From Octopus vulgaris (Eukaryota): 64,000 nt of DNA. This document shows, in pieces, positions 12,537 to 26,268 of the stretch. The notes under the pieces are model-generated. The model ran no database searches. It was not told the DNA's origin and saw nothing but the letters and a program-made list of their open reading frames with translations. The position numbers were made by a program, and so were the translations under genes. Numbering within the stretch: position 1 is the stretch's first letter; each line of letters starts with the position of its first letter. The stretch spans positions 96,224,001 to 96,288,000 of the forward strand of contig OX597821.1 of assembly GCA_951406725.2 (NCBI GenBank), in the 5' to 3' direction.

Positions 12537-13959
12537 GTTAGTTAGTTAGTTAGTTAGTTAATTTGGCTCAAAAGCAAATAGCAAGGCCATGTAGGGGGAC
12601 ATGGAGTTAAGTACAGGGTGGTGTTCATGTAAAGAGTTCAGGCCACTTGAGGTCCAGGGAGGCTTTGAACAAAGCGGTCGTCGGCATCTTCACCATCTCG
12701 TCTGGCAGCTTATTCCACGGATCCGCAACCCGGACGGAGAAAACTCCTCTCCTTCGATTGAGATGAAATCGTCGCAGGTAGAGCTTTTCGGAATGACCCC
12801 CCAGCCGACTCTCCGGAGCAGGAGTGAAGAACAGCTCTTTCGAGAGGTTACACTTCCCGCTTATGATGTTGTGGGCGAGAATGAGATCACCACGGCGGCG
12901 GCGTTTTTCAAGAGAACAAAGGTCGAGCGTCCTCAGCCTTTCTTCGTAGGACAAATTTTTGAGACCATGAACCATGCGGGTAGCCAGCCTCTGGACTCTT
13001 TTGAGGTGCTGTATGTCTTTGAGGAGATAAGGAGAAGAGGCTTGAATCCCATACTCCAATATGGGTCTCACCAGCGTGACATAGAGTGGCAGGAATATGG
13101 CTGCTGTGAGCATTCCGAATGACCGTCGAATCAAAAACAGAATTCCGCGCGCTTTGTTGGCAGCATGGACGCACTGGGCCGAAGGCGAAAAGGAGGAATC
13201 CACCAAGATACCCAGGTCCTTTACCTGATCGGTCCTCTCCAGCAGCAGACGACCCGGCTCGAAATCAAGTTGAGTTGCAGGAGTAGAGCCGACAGGCAGA
13301 TGACAGCACTTTGACACGTTCAGACACAGGTCCCAATCGTTAGACCACTTCCAAATTTGGTGGAGGCATCGACGAAGATCCTCTATACTACCGCGAGGAG
13401 CGACCAGTTTGATATCGTCGGCAAATAGAAGGGTGTGTTGCGTGAGGTCGTCGGGCAAGTCATTTATGAAGACTAAGAACAACAAGGGCCCAAGCACTGA
13501 ACCTTGAGGCACGCCACTGCTCGCACTGGAGACGTCGGACCGCGAACCATTAACTTGAACTTGGAAGGAGCGATCTGAGAGGAAGGCACCAACCCATCGT
13601 ACAATATCCGGATGGAAACTATATGCTTGAAGCTTGACAAGTAGTAGGCGGTGGTTTACCGAGTCAAAAGCTTTGGCAAAGTCCAATAAAACGATGTCAA
13701 CAGCATCACTATCATCGAGGATGCGCGTCACCAATTCTTCCATTACTAGTAAGTTGGTCAAGCATGATCTCTTCGGCACGAAGCCGTGTTGGGAATCAGT
13801 GATCGAGGCTGTGTTTAGGAGGTGGAGCATCATACTTTTCTTAAGGATGGTTTCGAACATCTTGCTGATTATTGATGTAAGGGAAACCGGTCGGTAGTTA
13901 AGCGGGTCTTCGCGGCTCCCTTTCTTGAAAATTGGGCAGATTATCGCTGTTCTCCAGTC
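12537..13959 (-). mobile_element. 5'-truncated CR1-clade non-LTR retrotransposon (subfamily a) with a (TAAC)n tail
   Basis: Uninterrupted RT ORF followed by a short 3' UTR and TTAG repeats on + at 12537-12560. Confidence 0.93.
12625..13959 (-). CDS. LINE ORF2 reverse transcriptase, C-terminal about 445 aa (5'-truncated, no endonuclease; the first ~14 aa of the track ORF come from flanking DNA)
   Basis: Motifs NYRPVSLTS, QHGF, DFAKAFDSV, GVPQGSVLGPLLF, FADD, KDLG, YVTLVRPILEY, RVQRLATR. Confidence 0.9.
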   Translation of the reverse strand, partial: DWRTAIICPIFKKGSREDPLNYRPVSLTSIISKMFETILKKSMMLHLLNTASITDSQHGFVPKRSCLTNLLVMEELVTRILDDSDAVDIVLLDFAKAFDSVNHRLLLVKLQAYSFHPDIVRWVGAFLSDRSFQVQVNGSRSDVSSASSGVPQGSVLGPLLFLVFINDLPDDLTQHTLLFADDIKLVAPRGSIEDLRRCLHQIWKWSNDWDLCLNVSKCCHLPVGSTPATQLDFEPGRLLLERTDQVKDLGILVDSSFSPSAQCVHAANKARGILFLIRRSFGMLTAAIFLPLYVTLVRPILEYGIQASSPYLLKDIQHLKRVQRLATRMVHGLKNLSYEERLRTLDLCSLEKRRRRGDLILAHNIISGKCNLSKELFFTPAPESRLGGHSEKLYLRRFHLNRRRGVFSVRVADPWNKLPDEMVKMPTTALFKASLDLKWPELFT

Positions 13960-14864
13960 TATAATTGTTGTTGGAGTTACTATAAGAGCAGTTTTTACCA
14001 ATGCTTAAATCTATGTTTAAGAAATGAATTGAAATTGTATTTAAATTTGTATCTGCCGGGATGTGTTGCTTTTTAAATGCGTTAACTACTTCCTATGGTG
14101 ATCGATTTTATATTCATTCATATTTTCCAAAATGAGTAGTCCATCATCACGGTAAAGACCGAATTTTGTGGAGCGGAAGTTCCTGTGCTGTAAATCTAAG
14201 ATGCACATCCTATTAATTCACAAACTTATGTTTCATCGTATAAACCCATAGATACGTAAAGCAATTCCTGGAAATTAATTTAAACCCAAAATGAATAGTA
14301 AGATTTCCTAACGCACGGAATTGTAATGTCTAAAATACCATTTGCAATAAAATCGCTTCTGCATTCTACACCTTTACTATACTGAACTACCTAAATTTGA
14401 AAATAATGTTTCTTTAGTACAGTTTTATCTACATTACTTAACCATTTAATGACAGATTAAAAGAAATGAGTTGACATATTTAATGTTATAGATGTTGGAA
14501 TTTAAAAGATACTTTTACTAACTTAATCTTTCTCAATTTCGATCAAGTTTTTAAAGATACATTTGGGATTGGAAAAACATCTTTTTGTACATTAAAAGTA
14601 AAAGTTCAGATAAAGCTAAAGCTACAACTTAATCGTCTAATTTCGTTGTTGGTAGTCATTTCTTTAGCTTCCCAATCAAATAGCTTGGTATGTACTAATC
14701 TTTATTTCTCTTATAGGTGCTAGTGATATAGTTACAAAAGTGCTCATGATACGTGTGTACGTGTGGCTATCGATATTGAAGTTTGATTGAAAATGCTAAG
14801 CAACAAATTAATGATGTGATTGTTTCTTCACACCATTAATCAAACACTGTCCCGACGACGCTGC

Positions 14865-15200
14865 TCACCATAATAAATGGCACGCCATCAATATCACCAT
14901 CATCGCTTCTGTTAACACCAAAACATTCTTCTCCATCACCATCACCACCAATGCCTCAAACCCAACTACACTTATAACCATTACAAACACTATCACTTCA
15001 TCAACCACTAGTACTGCAACTACTAATACTACCATCGTCACCACAAACATAGACCTTACCCCACCAAAAAAGAACAATTGGTATCACCACCATCAATACC
15101 ATCACCAACAATGCCACTAATGCCTTCAATATCACCACCACTACTGTCTACATCACTACCGTGTCTACTACCACCAGTATCACCAACGGAAGCCTCCACC
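14865..15200. repeat. Degenerate (ACC/ATC)n low-complexity region
   Basis: Runs of cacc/catc triplets. Confidence 0.8.
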
Positions 15201-16199
15201 ATAAAAAGCTCATACATTTTAGATTAGATTATCAATATCCTCAGACTGAAGCACATGTTACCCTATTGATGCTAATGTAATCCATATGACACATATCCCG
15301 CTTCATCACCCACCACAAACACTTAGACGCTTTCACTCGCGTCTTGATAACAAAAGTACACGTGCCAGTAGCTTATCTGCTAGCTTCACATAATAAACTA
15401 AGTTGATTAAGGTAATTTATTAAAAACAGAAAACATCGACGCCTCTAAACGTTTGCTGCACGTAATGAAATAATACTGCAAATAAATTACGTTAGTTTGT
15501 CAAATATTTTTGAGATGATTCGATGAAAATTAAGAACTTCGTATTTACAGCGAAATTTTTGTTGTTGTTTAGTCTCGGGTAAAAACTGAGCAAGCGGCTC
15601 TGTGATCAAAGATATTCCAACTGTGACGACCTTTTAGGAGCGTGTCTAGAACGAGGTTATCCAATGAATTCTTTTCTTATCGAAGGTAACATGCAATTTG
15701 AGGAAGATTTGGTTGATATTTCTAGCATGTCGATTAACCGCATAGAACTACACTCGTTGGCACGTGGAAGTGTGTAGATGATAGTCAATAATATACTGTT
15801 GAGGGAACATATGCAGCATTTATCTGGTTACTCCAGCAGTTTGAAATAGAAATAGAAATAGCAGCCAACCTAAAAATCACATATACTGTCATAAAAGAAG
15901 GGCAATATCGGATAATATAGTGGCAAAAGTTGGGATGCCCATACCGGGAATATCTTTGATTATTGGTCTGCTCAATCATAGGTGATTTGGGGATGATAAA
16001 CGGGAGCAACAAGAATGAAGGATGTGCAAATGCTCTGCATATAAGCACCAATGTTGTGATGTATCAATCAAGATATTTAACTGTCCACTGATAAAAATAG
16101 GCGATATAAAATATTAACATATCACCTAGATACAATGTGGTACTTTTACTTATTAAGATCTGAAGAAAATGTAAATAAGTACTTTAGGTTACTTAAATC

Positions 16200-16640
16200 G
16201 TTAGCCCATATTGTAAAAGATCACCTCAGGATAGCAATAGCTCATCCAGGTATAAGTAGACTCCCAACTGTGGTAGCATCTCATCTCTTAACGGTAAGTA
16301 TCTCATTAAGGTCCACCAAAACTGAAATCACCTGAAAGTTGTCATTGCTCACCTATATTTAAGTAGAAAGTGATTTTTCTAGTTTTAACAGCTCATCTCC
16401 ATATAAATAGGTACCTCATTATGGTAACAGATCACCTGAATTTAAATGAAGCACATCGTTTTAGTAGTACCTCACCTAGATGTAGGCAAGTACCTCACAA
16501 AGTTTAAACAGTTCATTGGCAAGTAAGTAGAAACAGCATGGTGGTAACAGCTCACCCACATAAAATTACTAGATACAAACGACATGGTGGCAACTGCTTA
16601 CCTACTTATAATAAAGATACTTCAGTGTTGTGCAGAAATA
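16200..16640. repeat. Ancient degenerate ~40-bp tandem array
   Basis: GCTCA(C/T)CT-like cores at 16240, 16279, 16347, 16391, 16430, 16470, 16511, 16550, 16596. Confidence 0.55.
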
Positions 16641-17460
16641 CCTGCTCCATGCTGTGACATCCGTTGTTTCGATTTTTTCCCAGCGGTAGAAGTTTGCTTC
16701 TTTGTTATAGACTGAAGTTTAATCCACGGGAGGAGTGAAGATTCGTCTTGAATCTTATAATGTGGTTCGAGGGAACGCGCTGTATTTGTAGATTGTTTTG
16801 CTTTTTTTACTATGTATTGTGAATATTAGGGATTTTTTGTGTTTAACTCTTATTGTTTTTAGTCACTGGCCTTGTGTAATGCCAGTTGCATTCGATGTTC
16901 TCTTGTGCTGCTAGTAAGAAGTGAGATTGGATTTAGTAAGTGCTGCTTCAATTCAGGTTTCTATGTGATTTCAACAATACTGCATAAGTTATGCATATGT
17001 GTCTGGAGAGTAGAGAGAGGATGTTGATGTAACATCATCTGCGTATGAGACTGCGTATGTTTTGATGGGGTGTGGGCAAATACTGAAGGTACTGAGTAAG
17101 AGTATTGATCCTTGTGCCATTTCATTTAGGAAATTATAAATTCTAGGAGTAGCCTAAATCACACAGGTCTTGTAACTTGACGGGTGGTAATTTCTAAGCC
17201 AGCCCTTTATGTTATTTCCGAATAAGGCGTCGTGCAGTTTGAGAATAGAGTGAACAAAAAATTGCTGATATCGGTGGAAATTTGAATGGTTTGTGGAGAC
17301 TTGCTGTCGTCTTACTGTCGTTGAATCGTGTGTCCTGAAACTTGTGTTCATGAGTATCGCAGTGGCTGGATGTAATGGTTAAAACCCGTGATGTGATTTC
17401 GAGAGGGGAATATGGTAAGGATACTTATTCTGTTGGACGAACGAAATTTTTCTTCCTCGT
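16640..17460 (-). pseudogene. Decayed non-LTR (Jockey/I-like) RT fragment
   Basis: Minus-strand AQGSIL (cf. PQGSIL, about 17100-17120) followed by VSYADDV (YADD at 17034-17045). Confidence 0.65.
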
Positions 17461-18619
17461 GATACTTCTTTATAATAATAAACTGCATCTCCATAAGGTA
17501 CTCATTAATACTTAATTACAGGTAGGTGTACATTACAGTTTAATGGTACATATATTTGCTGGTAGGTAGACTATGCATATACATGATACCTATTTACAGC
17601 TCCTATAGACTTTAACTTCACTTCATACCTATGAACAGTTAACATATATACGCTGCTATTTGGACTGTATATCAACATTGTACACAAAGATAGATGACCT
17701 GAACCTCTACATCGTACCTATATGTCACTAGATAGAGCGTTAGGTGAAATGAAACTCTAGACTGGTAACTTATTTAAATGGTTAATAAAATATTTCATTG
17801 GACTTCATGTTCATAGGCAAACTGCTCTTGTCATTTTAGTATTTTAAGTACCCTCATTAGGATCATTGTTTAGTGCTGTTCATAGGATATGAACCTTTAA
17901 GCTTCCTGGATGCAGTGATAAACCACCTCGAAGTTATTCTTGAGTTGAACCACGTCATTAAACTGCTATGGCTTCAGAGGTTTCCACTCGACTCGAGAGG
18001 CTCAAGAAATTAACCAGTGTTGTGCAGTGTATTACATATATATTCTATAATCACATACACACAATCTGTCCGCTGGCTTCGCTACAAACAGTTTTGGCAT
18101 GATGCTGTTTATTATAGATTCTTATCTCATCATCGCTGGACTTTAACCATATTTGGCCTGACTCTCAACACGCCATGCAAATCACACCTCACCATACCAC
18201 ATCTCACCTAAGCACACCGACCCTACCACAACTCGCCAAGCCACACTACATATCACACCACAACACATCACACCATATTACATCATTGAGCTAAATTAGG
18301 GATCTTCTGTGTGGTCGCTCAGCCTGCTAGAAATAATAGCAAAATCTCCTCTTTCAAAAATTACATCTTACCGTCTTAAAACATGGAAGGACACTTTACC
18401 ATTATTATTATTAGTTAATAAATCGTATGGTATACACCTGGTAATTTACCGGTCCCCTTTCGCAGTGTTCGTTGGGTATTTGTTTCTTGTTGCATCAGAT
18501 ATTTGTTATTGAATCTTCTATAATAATGAAGCTGTATCCCTTAATTTGATGCTTTTGTATTCAAATACCTAGAAGAAACTCTGCGGAATATACATTATGT
18601 TAATGATATACACTTTGTA

Positions 18620-18725
18620 ATCACCTGAGGAGACACATCCACACCGACAGATACACCTAAGCCAGATATTCAGTATCCCACCCGTGAGGGATCGATGCTA
18701 GATGAGTGGACACAACTGTAGTGAT
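18620..18725 (+). ncRNA. Degenerate type-I hammerhead motif in a TA-terminated element
   Basis: Stem I AUCAC/GUGAU; CUGAGGA; long stem II ACACAUC...GAUGAGU; GACAC in place of GAAAC; AC-AACU-GUA; followed by AATAAA and (TA)n. Confidence 0.5.
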
Positions 18726-18763
18726 CAATAAACATTCTAGTATCTTCCATCTGCCGTCTCTAT

Positions 18764-18805
<42 letters not shown>

Positions 18806-19877
18806 AAGATGGAAAGGTTAGGGCTGAAACACATTTGATCATAGGTGTCTTGAACCAGAGTCAGTCTTGGACAAAGCAAAAACAACAAAAACACCACCAC
18901 CACGATATGGCGTCAAGTCGTTGGCCTGCAGTATCGTCTTCCAAGAGGAAGAGCTTACTGTGCTTTGAGACCGCAACTTCCGATGGAGTTGAAAGTTCAC
19001 GGTTGTAACATACAGTGTGATTTGGGGATCAAACCCTCCCAGAGTCTATCTCTTACCAGTTCATGAGGGAAAGTGGTGGTTGATAGTTATGACCATCATC
19101 TGATTAATATTGCAGAAACTGGAGAAAATGGTTTGTATACAGGTCTTTGCGATTTAGGTAAAGGATCAGCTATAGGGAGAAAAATAATTAATGAGAAAAA
19201 TATCAAGGGGTGCCTATTACATGAACAATTTATAGTAAAACAGTGCTAGCATCAGGCTCAATTTCCACTGTATCCTATATCTAACTAATTTTAATAGATT
19301 TAAATTTCAAGTTGTTCCGTTGTCTTTATTGACCTGAATTAGTCATTAATATAATAATTGTTCTCATCACTGAAGATTTGCTATAATTCAATTAAAAGCT
19401 ATGGGCTTGCTGCATAAATTATATTAACATCTACTTTGCTATAAGGTCTCATTGGCTGAGGACATTTGGTGTAAGTTCTATTGAAAGAAGAATACTGAGC
19501 TAGTTGTTGTTATTTGTCAGCCCCAGGTCAGTTCTGATTTAGTCGTTCTCATCTTAACACTAATTCAGATATATTGTATTTAGAATAAAACTATCCAATT
19601 CTTCTTAATGTTTTACACTGGCTGGATAGTTGCTTGCTACTTCTAGCAGGCTGTGTGACTACGTAGATGCTCCATCATTGACTTACTGCTTTGTTGATGT
19701 GTTATTACTATGTAAAAAAACTTGTGATATTTTTTTTTTGCTTAAGGCGAGATTCTGTCAATATAGTTTCTTTAAGACTGTATTCGAGAATGTGTAGGGT
19801 ATGATTAGAGAAACAACTGGATGCTATTTCCTCTATTTTCAACCTGTAGACGCAGAAAGTGAACGCTGCCATGAACA

Positions 19878-20271
19878 TCTTTATATATAAAAGTCAAGTT
19901 GTGTGTCTGTCTCCTACGATTTAGATTCCTAACTACTCCCACATTTTGCGGTGCAGTTTAACCAAAACCGGGTATCTTATAGTCGTGATTCATATCGAGC
20001 CCTTCTGGGTATTAGCGCGCGTCTACGATGAGTCTACGATTAAAAAAAAATTACCATAATATTTTTCCATTTTAATGCATTTTTTTCGCTATTATATAAG
20101 GGAAGTAACTCTCTAAAAATGTCTACGATGAGTCAACGATTTAAAAAAAATTTACCGTATTTTTTTTCCATTTTTAATGCATTTTTTGCTATTTTTTGGC
20201 TATAACTCTCTAAAAATGCTTATATAGTTATTTCCCTTACAAATCCGAGCAACGCCGGGCGATACTGCTAG
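19878..20271 (+). mobile_element. Non-autonomous Helitron, copy 2
   Basis: A|TC...hairpin...CTAG|T; near-identical to 6124-6516 apart from an internal segment. Confidence 0.85.
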
Positions 20272-20406
20272 TCATTTATAAATCAACGAAGAGAAAGTTA
20301 TGAGTGTTTGCTTGTTTTCGCAAACACACTCTTAACTACCTGATGATCGGTTAAGAGAACCACTGAGTTATAGTTTGTGAAATGTTTGCAACTGCAACAA
20401 AATATT

Positions 20407-20421
20407 ATCTATCTATCTATG

Positions 20422-20506
<85 letters not shown>

Positions 20507-20515
20507 GTCTATCTA

Positions 20516-20554
<39 letters not shown>

Positions 20555-20615
20555 TTCTATCTGTCTGTCTTTCTGTCTGCTTGTCTGTCTGACAGTCTGC
20601 TCGTCTGTCTGTCTT
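20407..20615. repeat. (TATC)n/(TGTC)n microsatellite
   Basis: Direct reading. Confidence 0.95.
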
Positions 20616-21443
20616 TTTACCTATCTGTATAATATATATATTTATATGCAGGAACATAAATACAGCTATAATATACAGGTGTATGCGGGCATATACGTAT
20701 GTCTAAACGTTTGTGAAAATTTCTCTTTTCATTTTTCAATTAAATTTCCAACACTACCTAATGCCAAGCAAGCTTCAGGTCTTTCTCTGATGTGTATGTA
20801 CATGTGTGGAAATTTGTGTATATGAGTATATGTGTTTTTGTATCCGTGTGTTGATTTTGCAATATGTGTATGTATGCTTGTGTGTGTGCCTTCGTGTGTG
20901 TGTGTTTGTGTGTATATGTGTGTGTGCTTGTGTTTTCCTTTTGTTCTCTCAGACATATCTTTATATTCTTTCCTGTCAGCCCTTTGTTCTTCCATACACA
21001 CACATACGCATGCGCACAGATACCACACACACACATATATATATATATATACACATTCACATATATTTAAATATAAAAGAATGAATATATAAAAAATTAA
21101 TGCATATATGTGCATATATATATATTTTATATATGTGTGTGTGTGTGCATATGTATATGTATATATATATATATATATATAATGCATGTATATGCATACC
21201 TTTGAATATGTGTGTACACATATAATGTGTAAGCAAAGTAAACAGATATCATTTTCACAAAGTTAGATAAAACCTCCATTAATATGTTAACTTTGAAATA
21301 TATAAACACATTTAGTAATACAGTATTACATTGTCACAAAGACGCATACACACATATAAGTATATACGTAAACAATATATATAATCAGATTTTCGCACAG
21401 ACATATGTAGATATAGATATATGCATTGTGAGCTTTCTCCCAA

Positions 21444-21476
<33 letters not shown>

Positions 21477-21655
21477 CAATCTCTCGTTGTCTTTCTCTTT
21501 ATATATATGTGTGTTTATGTATGTGTGTTTGTGTGTACAGAGAGAGAGAGAAGAGAAAAAAAGAAAGAGAGAAGACACAGAAAGAAGAGAAAGTGAGAGG
21601 AGAGACAGAAGGAAGAGAGAGAGAGAATGAGCGAGCGAGTGAGAGAGAAATGCAG

Positions 21656-21702
<47 letters not shown>

Positions 21703-22479
21703 CACACACACACACACAGAGTAAATAGATTGAAACGGGAGTGAGAAAGTAGGATGAAAATCAATTATGTTGATGTAATATATGCTTAAACACCGTTATG
21801 TTTTCCAAAAGTAATATTTTGCTTCAGAGCCAGGTCAGATCTGAAGACAGCCGCAAGCTGGCACAAACATCCTGGTGATGTTATTCAGGATATTTGGTGC
21901 ACAATTGATATTTTGATGTACGACAATGTTTTACACAATTCTCTTGTTAATATGGCTCAGAATAAAAAAAACCAAAAAAAAAAAACCCAAAAAAACCCAG
22001 AAAAGAAATGGTCTATTCGATCAAAAGTGACCAGTGGCTAAATAAACAACAACAGTCAGAAGAGCAACCGAAAAGGTCTTTGAAAGTTATAGAAAATGGA
22101 GTTTCTCTAGACATCAGTAAAATAACAAACATAATTTGGTTTACAAAGAAATGGAAAAAAATAACGATAATGTCAATGTCCTAACACAGGAGTTACGGAT
22201 GCATAAAGAGAGACGCTGTTTAACTGTAATGCAGGCATATTTGTTTGGCAATTATTACATTTAAGGGGTTAGGAGTAAGGCTTTGAGTCTTATGTACAGC
22301 TGCTCAGTCTAAAAATGTACTTACAAAGGACATTGGTCTGTTAGTTACAAGCGTTGGCACTGCGGGGATTACAAATATACAAATATACAATATATGAAAA
22401 ATAGCATCAAAACAAAGTATCTACGAAACAGAGACGAGGCTACAAGCCCGCCAGATTATTTTATTATTATCATTACAAA

Positions 22480-22692
22480 GGCGGCGCGCTGACAGAATCG
22501 TTACTACACTGAGAAAAATGCTTAGCTGTATTTCGTCCATCTTCACGTTCTGGGTTCAAATTTCGCCGAGGTCCACTTTACCTTTCATCGTTTTGGGGTC
22601 GATACAATAAGTACCAGTCAAATACTAGGGTTGATGTAATCAAGAAGCCCCTCTCACCTGAAATTGTGGACCGAGTGTCAAAATTTGAAACC
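22480..22692 (+). mobile_element. Diverged SINE family A copy followed by (ATT)n
   Basis: GGGTTCAAATTTCGCCGAGG..CCTTTCATCGTTTTGGGGTCGATAC. Confidence 0.75.
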
Positions 22693-22697
22693 ATTGC

Positions 22698-22751
<54 letters not shown>

Positions 22752-24103
22752 CATAAATGTTTTTCGGTATTTAGTTACATCCCTTTACATTCTAAGCTTA
22801 AAATCTGCTGAGGTACACGTAGCCTGTTATCCTCCCTGAGTTGTTAAATAACTACCCGGGGACTACGGAAATCAAAACACCAATTAAAAGGTAACGCTCA
22901 ACGCCAAGGTGGGCTGATGGCCCGTCAGTCGAAAGTTCCCTTTTATTCGTTATCTAGGCAGATACGCAGTCCATCATCTTGTCAGCTAGGTCTATCGATT
23001 CTTCACCATATTACTCGTTGTTTTACCAGCTGAGTGAAATAGAGCAACGTGAAATGAAGTAAGTTGATAAAAAAACACAACGCTTCACCCGATCCAGTTG
23101 TCAAAACCAGCGTTAAGATCATGAAGCTAACATCTTAAACAGCAAGTCACGTTCTCCCTCACAAAATACCTTTACCTAGTGAAATGTTCCAATGAACTAC
23201 TGTAGGTTTATTAACCCCAGATTTAACACCACATTTCTGTGCTATAAACCAATATTAGTAGCAAAGCTCAAGGTATCCTGCTTATAAGAAAGAAACAATA
23301 AAGGAACCAATCCGTTACCTTGAAGTACTCCTCTGGTGATTTTAATATTCTCTGCCTCTACCCTTGAATGACATTGCTCTCCTATTGATTACTACTCTGA
23401 AAAAAGCAACATGTTTTCTGTTCTATCCCTGTCATCTTTGAGAATTCTATTATCCATGAATGAAGAATCAGGCTACAGGCCTTTTTATAATCGATCATTA
23501 CAAGATTTGTATGTCTTCTCAATCTTGGAGTGTTAATTTTCTATCAGTGATTGTTCCTACACATCTTTCAACATCCTTTCCCCTGGCAATACACATATCT
23601 ATTTATATATATACTATTAGCAATTCTAGCTGTTAGGTTCACGTTATTAATGGATTCATGCTACTAGTTTAAAAGTATCAGTTGCGTTGCTTTCATTTCG
23701 GTATTTACATCAAAGAGATAACTTTAACTTGTGTCATCCATTCTGGCAAAACTTTTCTGCTATATTTGAATATCTGCTTTGTTGTTTAAGCTGTATTCTC
23801 TCTCCTGCTCCTCCTTCTCCTCCTCCTGCTCGTCATCATCATTATCAATCCCCCTCTCTCTCTCTCTGACAAAATTCCGTGCTGCATGGAATTTTGTCAG
23901 TGATCAGGTCGCGGTCTCAATGCGACGAAAATATTTTGGCAAATTAAATTTAAAAGTTGAAGTGAATCTAACGGTTTTTGTGTGTTTTTAAATGGCTAAT
24001 AAACATCTTCCACGCTACAATTGTTTTTGTTTCAGCACACGATCTCAGATCAGGTCATTTGCTATGCAAGTACATCTCCGTAATATATATATATGTATAT
24101 ATG

Positions 24104-24171
<68 letters not shown>

Positions 24172-24261
24172 ATATCTATATACACATATATATACACACT
24201 CATATGTATATATGAATGTCTATTTATGAAGACTTACGAATGGACGGACAGACAGACAGGC

Positions 24262-24369
24262 AAACGTAAAACCATCTTTCTTTCCTTCCTTGAGTGTCTC
24301 CTAATACTTTGCATGTACCACATCTTTGTGTTGTTTTTTTGTGTCTGTTCTTTGTTTTTGGGATTTACT
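24262..24369 (+). mobile_element. 3' fragment of a hammerhead element related to 44361-44585
   Basis: Starts AAACGTAAAACC, continues TTTCTTTCCTTCCTTGAGTGTC..TAATAC, ends GGATTTAC at (TA)n. Confidence 0.6.
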
Positions 24370-24434
24370 ATATATATATATATATACGCACACATAAATA
24401 CATATATATATGTGTGTGTCTGTGTGTGTGTTTG

Positions 24435-24468
<34 letters not shown>

Positions 24469-24673
24469 TGTATGTGTATGTGTGTGTGTGTTAGTGTGTA
24501 TATTGAGTATGCCTATTTTGTCTGTGTGCGTGCAACATTATAAGATATTCAAGTGTCACATTTCCTGTCCCGCAATTTGATGGGCAGTTGGTAAACGTTG
24601 TTTGGGTTTCACTTTTCTGCAGCGAGTCGTAATATAATCTACATTCATGTTGTTTTATACAATATATATTTAT

Positions 24674-24884
24674 AGAAGAAGAAGAAGAAGAAGAAGAAGA
24701 AGAAGAAGAAGAAGAAGAAGAAGAAGAAAGAAGAAGAAGAAGAAAAAGAAGAAGAAGAAGAAGAAGAAAAGAAGAAAGAAGAAAGAAGAAAGAAGAGAAG
24801 AAAAAGAAAGAAGAAGAAAGAAGAAGAAATAGAAGAAGAAGAAATAGAAGAAGAAGAAGAAGAAGAAGAAGAAGAAGAAGAAGA
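24674..24884. repeat. (GAA)n purine tract
   Basis: Direct reading. Confidence 0.95.
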
Positions 24885-26088
24885 GCAATAAAAACAACAG
24901 CGACAATTGTTGTTAATTAGTCCCCCCAACACCTTGAACTCGTGGGAAGAAGTAAATGATTAAATCAGCTCCTATTCTTGACTGGTATTTCTTTTTATCG
25001 ACTCGCTAATGGATGAATGGCAAGTTTCAATTCCGTTAGATGTGAACTCAGAATATCAAGTGCCAGAACGCATTGTCGAATTCAGTGAAAAAACCCTAAG
25101 CATCTTTTTTTTTTTTGCGAGGGAAACGTGCAGTCGACGGCATCGATGCTACATACTACGTATTACTTGTTACTTCAATTAATCTTGGAAGCTTGAAATC
25201 CAAAGATTGGTTGAACATAATCTGATTTCCGAGTGTAAAATATTTATTGGATTGAGTATGTGGAAACTATAGATTTATAAATTGATGGGTATAGTATAGT
25301 TAAATTTAGGGGATTTGGTTTATCAAAAATCGGTGCTTACTAATGGGATAAGGGTAACATACTTTGAATGCAATAAAAATCTAGCAATGCCAGGAGATAA
25401 GCTTTAATTTTAGAAACTTGCCACACAAAGTAGCTTTTATGGATTGTTGGTACAAATTCTCCCAAGAAAAACAGCTAGAGACACTGAAAAAATAACGATA
25501 GTTACCCCGTGAAATATATAGAAGAAGGGAGGGTACAACACGAAGGTTGTGCCAATTCTTATTTGGCTGTTCAGGTGAAAGTATAATTGAAGTTGAAAGA
25601 CAAGTGAAGAAGTTAATTACAGGGAAGAAAGCGGTTGAGAAGATTAACAATGGAAGCTTTATTTATAGCAAAATACAAACGAAAAATCAACACAAGCATA
25701 CAGCAATTAGGAAAGAAGCAATGAAAGTAACCTTGAAATTAATTGTTAAATAATTTTAAATAACACTTAGTTACATAATAACTCCTACGAAACTATGCAA
25801 CCTATTACACACCTAAAAGGATGACAAAAAATGAACATTCACATACAAAACATAGTAATAACGAGACGCTATCATCAATTCGTTCCAAAAATGTGATCGA
25901 GGTCTTCAAGCGTTTATAAATTATGAACTGTTATAATTCTATACTAAACATAAAAGAATTACAAGAAAATATGAAAACCATTAATAACAAATAAACTCGA
26001 AGAAAGTTGCGTCAATATAATAAATTTCATATAAATACTGTCCCTCCACTCTGTGAGCACCACATGCATATACATACACATACACATA

Positions 26089-26152
<64 letters not shown>

Positions 26153-26180
26153 CGTAAATGTAAATATATTTATATATATT

Positions 26181-26235
<55 letters not shown>

Positions 26236-26268
26236 CGCCTCCACTATATATATAAACATATATATAGT

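Larger units (their letters stand above)
12150..14780 (-). pseudogene. Decayed Penelope-like element (PLE) reverse transcriptase, split by the CR1 insertion
   Basis: Minus-strand remnants in the expected order: VIKWL; LLYVSMGLYDET*VCELIG (about 14210-14265; cf. FDVTMGSYDGAEVCELVG); FGLYRDDGL (about 14137-14163); TNLNTI..FLNIDLSIGK; then past the CR1: FNSAARYYN (about 12400-12425) and NIARSLLNLI..DHRYHKI; stops and frameshifts throughout. Confidence 0.72.

Noticed and set aside
12601-13897. Plus-strand ORFs overlapping the CR1
   Set aside because: Antisense shadows of the GC-rich RT ORF.
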